From a virus (lineage: Duplodnaviria > Caudoviricetes): a DNA stretch of 49,440 nucleotides. The DNA is taken from IMG/VR virus record IMGVR_UViG_3300033076_000596, positions 1 through 49,440 of that record; one strand, written 5' to 3'. The position numbers and the translations under genes were made by a program. Under the pieces are notes generated by a model. That model saw only the letters and a list, made by a program, of their open reading frames with translations. It ran no database searches and was not told the origin of the DNA. The first letter of the stretch is position 1, and each line of letters starts with the position of its first letter. Positions 19,546 through 26,871 of this stretch are shown one piece after another.

Positions 19546-20228
19546 CAGTACCCCCATTGATCAATGGTGATACGCAGAGGTACGCGCTCGCGGTCCTCAG
19601 CAGCAGCACGATTATAGGCTCCGTCTGCAAGGCCCTGAAGAAACTCAAGGCGGTCAGGTGCGAATTTAACAGCCAGCTTGGCGGCGAGGCCAGCGGCGAT
19701 TGCTTCCATCCAACGGTTCGGCGCGTCCATGCTATCAGTGAATGCGCCGGCATCCTCTTGGATTTTCATGCGGTGATAGAACAGCGTAACGCCCGCTTCT
19801 TGCGGCGCTTGCCAAATGTAAATCCGTGGTGTGATTGTGCGCTGGAAGTAATACTGGAAAGGGCGCTGACCAAGCTGCGCTTTGTTCGGCAGGGCGTCGT
19901 ATTCAGCACGACTGATCGGCGACATCATCAGATCGGTGTTCTGATTGCCCGAAACTGTGCGCGTGTAGACCTGCAGTAGCGAAACCGTGCGCGGCTCGAG
20001 GTCGTAATACAGAGTACCCGGGGTCAGAGTGATCGACTGGAGATCGACTGCCCACAGGTTCGGGCCATTGTTGGCCCAGTCCGAGAACATGTAATTGATG
20101 GAGCGGCGCGCACTATCGATGTCATTCGAGGACAGCGTGCCGGGGTTACGCCCAACGCGCTCATAAGCCTCAGTAATGATATCGATCTGTTCGGTGTTGC
20201 CGAACGTGTACGTGCCGCTCGTGGTCAT
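19545..20228 (-). CDS. Putative head-tail adaptor / tail tubular protein A-like (second copy)
   Basis: 227 aa; similar architecture to 4908..5561 (helical N-terminus, RP.QYYF...IYIW.AP, helical C-terminus). Confidence 0.6.
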   Translation of the reverse strand: MTTSGTYTFGNTEQIDIITEAYERVGRNPGTLSSNDIDSARRSINYMFSDWANNGPNLWAVDLQSITLTPGTLYYDLEPRTVSLLQVYTRTVSGNQNTDLMMSPISRAEYDALPNKAQLGQRPFQYYFQRTITPRIYIWQAPQEAGVTLFYHRMKIQEDAGAFTDSMDAPNRWMEAIAAGLAAKLAVKFAPDRLEFLQGLADGAYNRAAAEDRERVPLRITIDQWGY

Positions 20229-20389
20229 TTTTTCCTCGCCGCCTGCATGTTAGCCACAAGCGAAGGATACTTGCTTCCTGACTTGCGAGCAATGGCTTTG
20301 GCTTTAGTCTTTTGAGCGGGAGTTAGAGGCTTGGGTTCGCCAAGCCCCTTTGGCCGAGGCTTGTCCCAAACCTCTTTCTTCCCACGCAT
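20225..20389 (-). CDS. Small basic protein (54 aa)
   Basis: Not in the track. MRGKKEVWDKPRPKGLGEPKPLTPAQKTKAKAIARKSGSKYPSLVANMQAARKK; fills the gap exactly with TAATG and ATGA overlaps. Confidence 0.75.
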   Translation of the reverse strand: MRGKKEVWDKPRPKGLGEPKPLTPAQKTKAKAIARKSGSKYPSLVANMQAARKK

Positions 20390-20643
20390 TACTTGCCCTT
20401 TTTGGCAGGCGCTTCTTCCACAGCCGGAGCTTCTTCAGCAACCGGAGCTTCTTCAGCGACAGGTTCAGGAGCGGCTTCAACCACCGGCTCAGGCTCAGGA
20501 GCGGGAGCAGGGGCAGCCTTGGCAGGCTTGCGGAAACCCAGCATCTCTTCGAGCGACTCTTCGGTCACCTTTTCCCAATCGCCTTGTGAGAGGACGATTT
20601 CCTGCTGTTCACCTTTAGCGTTCGTATAACGACGAAGAATCAT
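20389..20643 (-). CDS. Hypothetical protein with Pro/Ala/Glu tail
   Basis: AGGAG SD upstream; EEAPV repeats. Confidence 0.7.
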   Translation of the reverse strand: MILRRYTNAKGEQQEIVLSQGDWEKVTEESLEEMLGFRKPAKAAPAPAPEPEPVVEAAPEPVAEEAPVAEEAPAVEEAPAKKGK

Positions 20644-20655
20644 GATAAACTCCTA

Positions 20656-21057
20656 TCAGGCGTAGGTTTTGATCATCTCGAGGATGATGCTGTAAGTGTC
20701 ATTGGCAGCAGCGCCAACAGTCGTAAACGAGATGTCGCCCGTCTTGCCCGTGCCAGCATTGTTGCCGAGGATTGCGGTATCGTCAAAGTTCAGAGTGTAC
20801 ATGCCGGGTGCGAGGATAACCGCACTCACGTCAGTATCAGCGTCCCAGAGGATGTTAACTGACATGCCGCTGATCATAGCCGTGATCTTGCGGATTGATA
20901 CACCTGTGCAGGCTTTGCCAAGGTAGTTCGCCTTCAAAGCCGATACATCGACCTTAAGAACGGCGCTCTCACCCGTGCCATCCGACACGTTGTTGAACTT
21001 CATGACGGCTTGGCTGTCACCGTCAAACAGGGTCTGCGAGTTAACAGCGTCAGCCAT
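20656..21057 (-). CDS. Putative virion structural (head-associated) protein
   Basis: 133 aa, beta-rich; lies in the head operon. Confidence 0.6.
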   Translation of the reverse strand: MADAVNSQTLFDGDSQAVMKFNNVSDGTGESAVLKVDVSALKANYLGKACTGVSIRKITAMISGMSVNILWDADTDVSAVILAPGMYTLNFDDTAILGNNAGTGKTGDISFTTVGAAANDTYSIILEMIKTYA

Positions 21058-21236
21058 TATTTCATTCCTTTCAGAGTCATAGCAAAGCGAGCGCGTTGAC
21101 CCAGCTTACCGGGCTTCTTAGCGGCTGCTTCCAGCTTTCCAGCGGGGATCGGCTTGCCAGCTTTGGCACCGAGTTCTTTGCGAAGTGCGCCGGGCTTTTT
21201 GATGGCTTCGGCAATCCAGTTCTTTTTACCACGCAT
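21057..21236 (-). CDS. Small basic protein (59 aa)
   Basis: Probable start MRGKKNWIAEAIKKPGALR at 21236; Lys-rich. Confidence 0.75.
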   Translation of the reverse strand: MRGKKNWIAEAIKKPGALRKELGAKAGKPIPAGKLEAAAKKPGKLGQRARFAMTLKGMK

Positions 21237-21237
21237 G

Positions 21238-21489
21238 TCAGCAGTTCCACGCTCTGAGTGATTTATTGATCCGGCTATTCGGATCATTAGCGGTCTTAGC
21301 AGATGTTAGCTTCTTTTTCATCCCCTTCATTCGGGCGCAGAAGCTATCACGGCGAGATCCGCCTTCGGGCTGCGGGCGCTTGAGATTGCTGCCAGTGGCT
21401 GCATTATAAGCCTTACGGCCGGCTTCATTTAATCCGCCCTTGGGGTTCTTATGCTTAGCCTTGAACTGGAAATCTTTCTTAGCGCGCAT
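21238..21489 (-). CDS. Small basic protein (DUF6321-like)
   Basis: KNPKGGLNEAGR...RRDSFCARM...SRINKSLRAWNC; GGAG SD before ATG 21489. Confidence 0.7.
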   Translation of the reverse strand: MRAKKDFQFKAKHKNPKGGLNEAGRKAYNAATGSNLKRPQPEGGSRRDSFCARMKGMKKKLTSAKTANDPNSRINKSLRAWNC

Positions 21490-21506
21490 TCCGGTCTCCA
21501 TATAAC

Positions 21507-21530
21507 TGGGGCGACCCGAGAGCCGCCCCA
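21507..21530 (-). other. Intergenic GC-rich hairpin
   Basis: TGGGGCGGCT-CTCG-GGTCGCCCCA; no clear U-tract. Confidence 0.5.
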
Positions 21531-21535
21531 ATCAA

Positions 21536-22201
21536 TTAGGCTTGCGTCACGCCATAGAGGCCAGTGACCGTGTCTGGATTTTCGATGTACATCCAAACAG
21601 TCAACTGCTTCGAGCCATCAGCAGCGTCAGCAGGAGCAAAAGTCCCGCGAACGTCGCCAGTGGTTGTCGTGGCCGGGCTTGTCGTCACGGCTGCCACAAA
21701 CGTGCCAGTCGTTACAAACGCGCCATTCCAAGCGGTCAAGCAGTAGTTCCGGCTGTCAGCGCGGAAAGGCAGGCCAAACACGTCGCCAGTGCCGACGAAG
21801 AAGTCGGTAGCTGCAGCCGAAGCTGCAACGCTGGTGATCGTTTTGAAAGCCTTCTTACCAGCAACGGCAGTCGTGCCATTCAGGGTAATCGCTTCCGACA
21901 TCGGAACGCCATAAACGTCCGTGCCAGTGATCGTCAGAACAGCCGTGGCAGCGCCAGCAGCATCAACAATGACGTTACGAGGAACGTCGAGAGTGACAGT
22001 GCCACCAGAAGCCAAAGCCCCGTTCAGCAACGCATTGCCAGCAGCGGCAAGTGTTTGCTGAGCGCAGATGCCGTCTGCATCCAAAGCCACCGGAGTTACG
22101 TCATAGACGAACATCGGAGACACAGGAACACCCGGAATCGGAGCGGCCCCGTTGAGGCTGAAACTACGACCAACCCGGACGCCATCAGAGAAGTGAGTCA
22201 T
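21536..22201 (-). CDS. Putative capsid decoration protein
   Basis: 221 aa, Ala/Thr/Gly-rich; immediately downstream of the major capsid gene. Confidence 0.6.
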   Translation of the reverse strand: MTHFSDGVRVGRSFSLNGAAPIPGVPVSPMFVYDVTPVALDADGICAQQTLAAAGNALLNGALASGGTVTLDVPRNVIVDAAGAATAVLTITGTDVYGVPMSEAITLNGTTAVAGKKAFKTITSVAASAAATDFFVGTGDVFGLPFRADSRNYCLTAWNGAFVTTGTFVAAVTTSPATTTTGDVRGTFAPADAADGSKQLTVWMYIENPDTVTGLYGVTQA

Positions 22202-22218
22202 GATTTTTCTCCATAGCT

Positions 22219-22242
22219 AGGGGGTGACGTTAGCCACCCCCT
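22219..22242 (-). other. Hairpin downstream of the major capsid gene (mRNA stabiliser or attenuator)
   Basis: AGGGGGTGG-CTAACG-TCACCCCCT; no U-tract. Confidence 0.55.
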
Positions 22243-22250
22243 GAGTCCGA

Positions 22251-23156
22251 TTAAGAAGCGCCCTGAGAACCCCAGCCAGCGCGGAAGTTCGAGCAGCCGA
22301 ACGAATAACGCTCAATGGCTTTCGCCTTGAGGTTGTCGGTGTCGAAGTCCGTGTAGACATCGGTTTCAAGAGCTTCACGCTCGTAGTACTTGAAGCCGTT
22401 CGGAGCGTCCGTCAGCAAGAACCAGCTGTTCGTGTCGGTCAAGAACATGTTAACGCGATGACCCTGCGGAACCGCAGAGTTGTTGTAAATCGCATTAATA
22501 TCGTTGTTTGCCGTATCGACACGGAACTGCGATTGCAGAAGGCGCGTGGCCGTCCACTGCAGTTCGGCCGGAACAATCAGCTTGGTCGGCTTCGTCATGA
22601 TGCGGAGGCCCGCAGCATCACGGAAGCGTTGCACGCCGACGATAGCATCCTGAAGCGACGTTTCGTTGAGGTCGGCCTGCACCGTGAAGGTGTTGGCAAC
22701 CACGCCGTTGTCGATTGGGTGCTGCGTCGAGAACAGCGGCTGGCCGTCGCCAATCGGGAAGTTCGACGAGAAGCCGTTGTTCAGAACGGATGCGCCGAGA
22801 ACTTCCTTGGTCTGTTCCATCGACTGACGAAGAGCCTTCGCCTGCAGCGGGAACGACGACTGGTACAGGTTGTCCTTGATCGCCTGACGGGTGATGATGA
22901 AGCCGATGCTGGTGTAACGGTTCACGTAGTTCGTTACATAGCGCTGACCCATTTCGCCGTAAGCGGTCGAAGCACCTTCTGCCTTGATCTGAGCGAGGCC
23001 AAGCAGCTTGACTTCGACTTCGATTTCGACAGCCTTATCGGACGTGTGCTTCTCGAAGATTTCCGACCATTGACCCGGATACATCGGATAGTCGCCGAAA
23101 ACGGCAGCCAGACCGGGACGGAGCAGGTCGCGAATTGCGGTTGTATTAATAGCCAT
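22251..23156 (-). CDS. Major capsid protein (Mu gpT-like, HK97 fold)
   Basis: 301 aa; LLRPGL..., GDGQPLFSTQHP, PTKLIVPAEL, FLTDTNSWFL; strongly biased codon usage; follows the scaffold gene. Confidence 0.85.
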   Translation of the reverse strand: MAINTTAIRDLLRPGLAAVFGDYPMYPGQWSEIFEKHTSDKAVEIEVEVKLLGLAQIKAEGASTAYGEMGQRYVTNYVNRYTSIGFIITRQAIKDNLYQSSFPLQAKALRQSMEQTKEVLGASVLNNGFSSNFPIGDGQPLFSTQHPIDNGVVANTFTVQADLNETSLQDAIVGVQRFRDAAGLRIMTKPTKLIVPAELQWTATRLLQSQFRVDTANNDINAIYNNSAVPQGHRVNMFLTDTNSWFLLTDAPNGFKYYEREALETDVYTDFDTDNLKAKAIERYSFGCSNFRAGWGSQGAS

Positions 23157-23181
23157 TTCTTATGTCTCCCTGCTTGGCCGA

Positions 23182-23778
23182 TTAGACGCCAGTCACGCCA
23201 CCCCGATAGAGGTGGTTGTTGATGGTCACGAGCCAGTTAGCGAAGGCACCAACAGCGTTACCCGGGGTCGGGTCAAGCTGCAGGATCTTGCAGTTCAGCG
23301 TCGAAGTGTCAGCTTCCGTAGCGTTGTTGATCGACACAGCCGACTGACCAGTCGACGTGGAACCAGCGGTGTACAGGAAGTTGATGTTCAGGCCACGATC
23401 AGCGAGAGCCAACGGAGTGCCGGCAGCGCCAGAACCGTTGGTTTCTTGAACGGTGAACACGGTGTCGGGATCGTCAATCACGAGAGCCTCAACGGTCGAG
23501 CCGGTGAGAACGCCCGGGTTGCCCGGCCAGTAGTTCATGAACTTCACCACGCCGGTGCTGTCGGTGTACTTAACACCCCAGAAAACGCCAACGCAGGCAT
23601 TGCCAGCGGTGCCGACTTCGAGATAGCCCGAGGTGCCAATGGTGACGGGATCGCCACGGAAAATGGCAGTCGCATACGTGGTAACGATTTGATAAGGATT
23701 AGTTGCGCCAGTCCAAGCAGAGCCATCCAGCTTCTTGACGGGGACGAACCCCTGAGGCGCATTGGTGCCGTAAGCCAT
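23182..23778 (-). CDS. Putative capsid cement/decoration protein
   Basis: Probable start MAYGTNAPQGFVPV at 23778 with GGAG SD; IFRGDPV...VGVFWG; directly upstream of the capsid gene. Confidence 0.65.
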   Translation of the reverse strand: MAYGTNAPQGFVPVKKLDGSAWTGATNPYQIVTTYATAIFRGDPVTIGTSGYLEVGTAGNACVGVFWGVKYTDSTGVVKFMNYWPGNPGVLTGSTVEALVIDDPDTVFTVQETNGSGAAGTPLALADRGLNINFLYTAGSTSTGQSAVSINNATEADTSTLNCKILQLDPTPGNAVGAFANWLVTINNHLYRGGVTGV

Positions 23779-23812
23779 ACGGAATCTCCATGCTGAAGTT
23801 TGAAGGTTTGTC

Positions 23813-23893
23813 TGCCGGTACGTAACGGCAATCGATCTATGTAGTGGATACGTGACCACCATCGAAGGTTAGTGGATACGTGACCACCATCGA
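23813..23893 (-). ncRNA. Three tandem hairpins in the capsid-operon leader (putative cis-regulatory RNA)
   Basis: Two identical 24-nt units TCGATGGTGGTCACGTATCCACTA and a third unit TCGATTGCCGTTACGTACCGGCA with compensatory stem changes. Confidence 0.65.
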
Positions 23894-23901
23894 GAAATGA
23901 A

Positions 23902-23930
23902 GAAATATATTACGCAAGGCTGACGGTCAA
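23902..23930 (-). promoter_or_regulatory. Possible sigma70-type promoter for the capsid operon
   Basis: TTGACC followed by AT-rich TAATATATTTC; -10 spacing is ambiguous. Confidence 0.35.
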
Positions 23931-23932
23931 TA

Positions 23933-23969
23933 GACAAAAGACCCCCGCCAGCACTGGACCGGCGGGGGC
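23933..23969 (-). terminator. Rho-independent terminator
   Basis: CCCCCGCCGG-loop-CTGGCGGGGG followed by TCTTTTGTC. Confidence 0.75.
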
Positions 23970-24008
23970 TAGTGGGTTCACAGTAATCGCTCACTGTGAC
24001 CGGAGCTG

Positions 24009-24482
24009 TTAGTCCTTAAACGAAGTTACGCGCTCAAAGCCGACACTGCTGTCGTCGATGCGCGGCATATTCGGATCCGACTGACCAGTCCAAGCCACAT
24101 CCTGCAGAACTTCCATATTCTCAATGTCGCGTTCTTGACGTGAGATTTCCACGTCTGCGGTGATCCGTTCGCAAAGGATAAGACCGCCACGACGGATGAC
24201 CGTCGCTTCCATGCCTTCGTAACCGGGCAGCGGAGGCGGGACCATCTCAGGGTGACGAGCGGCCGGGACCGGCTGCCAGCCACGAACCATGCGATCCGTC
24301 ATGTTATCGGGATCAGGCTCGTTGAGCGTGGATTCGCGGACCCAAGCATAGGTCATCCCATCAGGGATCTTGTTGCTGGGAACGTGCAGCTTGGACTGAA
24401 AGTGCGTTTCAGACTGCGCCCGCATGTCTGAGCTGCGCGTTGTTGCTGTGCGGCTTTGGGCCACTCGTGATACTCGTGCCAT
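24009..24482 (-). CDS. Hypothetical head-module protein
   Basis: 157 aa between scaffold and capsid genes; IPDGMTYAWVR...RGWQPV...IRRGGLILCE. Confidence 0.7.
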   Translation of the reverse strand: MARVSRVAQSRTATTRSSDMRAQSETHFQSKLHVPSNKIPDGMTYAWVRESTLNEPDPDNMTDRMVRGWQPVPAARHPEMVPPPLPGYEGMEATVIRRGGLILCERITADVEISRQERDIENMEVLQDVAWTGQSDPNMPRIDDSSVGFERVTSFKD

Positions 24483-24488
24483 AATAAA

Positions 24489-25610
24489 TTACCCCCGCCG
24501 TTGCTTGAGCATGAAGGCAGCATGATATCGCTCTGCCTCTGCATCGGTCATCCGCTGACCATTTGGTTTCTTGTATGCGCCTGAAGCTGCCATGTTGCGG
24601 GCGAACTGACGTTCTGCCGGCGACAGGGAAACCTTGGCAGTGCGCTTCGAGGGAGTGTCAGACCCTGAGCTGCGCACAACTGGAGCGACGCTGTTGTCTC
24701 GCTTCATCTTCGGTGTTGCCTTTTTAGGGGCTGACCTGTCCGGGAAGACATCGGCAAACTCAGCCCGCATATGTTTGTCGATTTCCTTGAAGTACGCAGC
24801 ACTGCCGATTTCTTCTGCACGGCCATCCGCTTTGTAGCGGCGTTCAAGGCGACGCGCATAGATCGTGGCTTCTTCGTGCATCTCAGGATCGAAGTCAGGT
24901 GACTGCGGCTGGAACCAAGGGTTCTTCTCAATCCAGTCGCGAGTACGTGGCTCCAGAGTTACCTGTTGCTGCTGCTGAGGCTTCGGCTGCTCTGCAACCT
25001 GCTGCGCCTCAACCATCTTCGCTTCGGCATCTTTGCGCCATGCATCGATGCCAGACAGATCGCTTTGAATCTGGTTGAACTGCGCCTGCAGTTCAGCCTG
25101 CTTGCGAGCATCCCCCAGAGAGATAGCTTCTTCGATCTGGCCAAGAACCACGTTAGCATCGCCGCGCAGGCGTTGCTCATAGTGGGTCATCATAGCGAGA
25201 TCGGATTGCTGCCTTAGTGCTGCTTCCTGCTGAAGACGTGCCTCAATCTCTTGAGCGCGGCGCTCAGCTTCTTGCGCACGACGAGCCAGCTCAGCGATGC
25301 GTCGTTCTGCGTCGCGTTTGCGAGGGCGAGGTTCTTCTTCTTCCTCTTCCTCCTCGTCGATCTGATCATCGTCTTCAGCTTCGGCTTCCTCTCCATCATC
25401 ATCGGAGGCCTCCTCTTCGTCGTGATCTTCTTCCTCGGACTCGCCTTCGTCCTCAGCGACAACCTCGCTGGCTTCGTCTTCGTCGTCCAAGTAATCGGCT
25501 AGATTACCGCCAACATCATCGTCATCAAGCTCAAGCTCGACACTATCGGTAGGCCCCTCTTCAAAGAGAGGAAGATCCAATTCTTCTGGACCGTCATCAC
25601 CTTCAACCAT
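24489..25610 (-). CDS. Putative scaffolding protein
   Basis: Very acidic N-terminus, long coiled coil, basic C-terminus; upstream of the capsid gene. Confidence 0.7.
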   Translation of the reverse strand: MVEGDDGPEELDLPLFEEGPTDSVELELDDDDVGGNLADYLDDEDEASEVVAEDEGESEEEDHDEEEASDDDGEEAEAEDDDQIDEEEEEEEEPRPRKRDAERRIAELARRAQEAERRAQEIEARLQQEAALRQQSDLAMMTHYEQRLRGDANVVLGQIEEAISLGDARKQAELQAQFNQIQSDLSGIDAWRKDAEAKMVEAQQVAEQPKPQQQQQVTLEPRTRDWIEKNPWFQPQSPDFDPEMHEEATIYARRLERRYKADGRAEEIGSAAYFKEIDKHMRAEFADVFPDRSAPKKATPKMKRDNSVAPVVRSSGSDTPSKRTAKVSLSPAERQFARNMAASGAYKKPNGQRMTDAEAERYHAAFMLKQRRG

Positions 25611-25621
25611 CTAAACCTCCA

Positions 25622-26119
25622 TTAAAACTTCGTGGCGTCTTTGACTGACTTCACGTCTGTCGGATCGGTAATAACGGCCATGATGCGGTCATCAGGGATG
25701 ATTGCAACGGCAACACCGCGATACGAAACGGCAGTGGCTTCATAGCGCGGGATCATCACCCAATCGCCAACCTTGCACCAAGGGCCGCTATCCTTGAACT
25801 TCTCACCCTGATAGGCTTCAGGTCCAAGCGCGCAGACCAGCGCGGAGCAGGACTGATACTTCTCTTCAGCCTGCATACTGATTGGACGGTAGAGGGTGAC
25901 CTGCTTGCCATCTTCGGTTGTGATGACGCTCAGCTCATCCGGCTCGACGTAAATCTTCAGTGCGACAAGGTAACCAGCCGGGCGCATATCAAACGGCCTG
26001 CCAGTCATGGCGATGAATTGCTCGTCAATAAGCTGACGCGCCAACTCCTCCTCATGCGCCTCGACATGGCTTAGGCCCTGCTTAGGCGGGATGTTAATCC
26101 CTAATAGATTCTCGCTCAC
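25622..26119 (-). CDS. GroES-like co-chaperonin (phage-encoded)
   Basis: MRPAGYLVAL...VCALGPEAY...WCKVGDWVMIPRY...IIPDDRIMAVI matches the GroES fold pattern. Confidence 0.75.
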   Translation of the reverse strand: MSENLLGINIPPKQGLSHVEAHEEELARQLIDEQFIAMTGRPFDMRPAGYLVALKIYVEPDELSVITTEDGKQVTLYRPISMQAEEKYQSCSALVCALGPEAYQGEKFKDSGPWCKVGDWVMIPRYEATAVSYRGVAVAIIPDDRIMAVITDPTDVKSVKDATKF

Positions 26120-26403
26120 CAGAAATTCTCCTTCTTTGGTTGCTCCGGTTTTTTATCGTCATCAGGTTGATGCATCTTCCTGTAGACCTCGTTGATCACC
26201 CCAATCGCATCCGTGTACGCGCGCACGAGTGCGTTCCCCTCAATCACTTGAAGAGCGATTTCTTCTGCTGTTGTGGCTGGAATGCGGCCATCACTGCCAT
26301 AGGCGGCCGGTGTAAATCGTGCGTTGAGAGTGTATTGAGCGGCGCGGTCACGCTGCTCGCTAATCAGTTCGACGCTTCTGCGCCTTATCTCTTCCGCTGA
26401 CAT
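26116..26403 (-). CDS. Hypothetical protein
   Basis: 95 aa; overlaps both neighbours in the operon. Confidence 0.65.
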   Translation of the reverse strand: MSAEEIRRRSVELISEQRDRAAQYTLNARFTPAAYGSDGRIPATTAEEIALQVIEGNALVRAYTDAIGVINEVYRKMHQPDDDKKPEQPKKENFW

Positions 26404-26551
26404 TCTTTTGCTCCGGTAGTTTCTTATAATTTTTCGTCGCAGAGACGAACTCTTGTCCTACCTTCTGCGATATATTCAACTTCTTAGCAAACGCCGGAGA
26501 ATGTGCAACAGCCGACATCAATCTAAATTGCCTTTTCGACCGAGCTGGCAT
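26360..26551 (-). CDS. Small basic protein
   Basis: MPARSKRQFRLMSAVAHSPAFAKK; GGAGG SD upstream. Confidence 0.7.
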   Translation of the reverse strand: MPARSKRQFRLMSAVAHSPAFAKKLNISQKVGQEFVSATKNYKKLPEQKNVSGRDKAQKRRTD

Positions 26552-26570
26552 CCTCCGGCGGCCCCCGTTA

Positions 26571-26870
26571 TTACTTGCCGCGAATTTTGTTCATAACATC
26601 GATGATCTTGCCTTCCGGCGTCATCATGCCTTTGCGCACCTTACCAGCGCCACCCTTGGCGAGCTTCGTCGGCTTATCGCACATACCCTTGCGGGTCTTG
26701 CCAGCGCCGCCGACAGCCTTCTTCACGGGCTTCTTCGTCTCGCCAATCGCAATCATGACAGCCAGACCGTTCTTTGGCTTGCCGCCCTTCTTCATGCCGC
26801 CCATTTCAGTGGCCAGCTTACGGGCCGTGTCTGAGGAGGTTTGGACCTTGCCGCCTGATTTGTGATACAT
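26571..26870 (-). CDS. Basic protein with repeated xxxGG motifs (putative internal head protein)
   Basis: HKSGGKV, MKKGGKP, KAVGGAG, LAKGGAG. Confidence 0.65.
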   Translation of the reverse strand: MYHKSGGKVQTSSDTARKLATEMGGMKKGGKPKNGLAVMIAIGETKKPVKKAVGGAGKTRKGMCDKPTKLAKGGAGKVRKGMMTPEGKIIDVMNKIRGK

Positions 26871-26871
26871 C

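Noticed and set aside
23842-23893. 24-nt direct repeat as a mini CRISPR array
   Set aside because: Only 4 nt separate the copies, there are no spacer-length sequences, and no cas genes are present.
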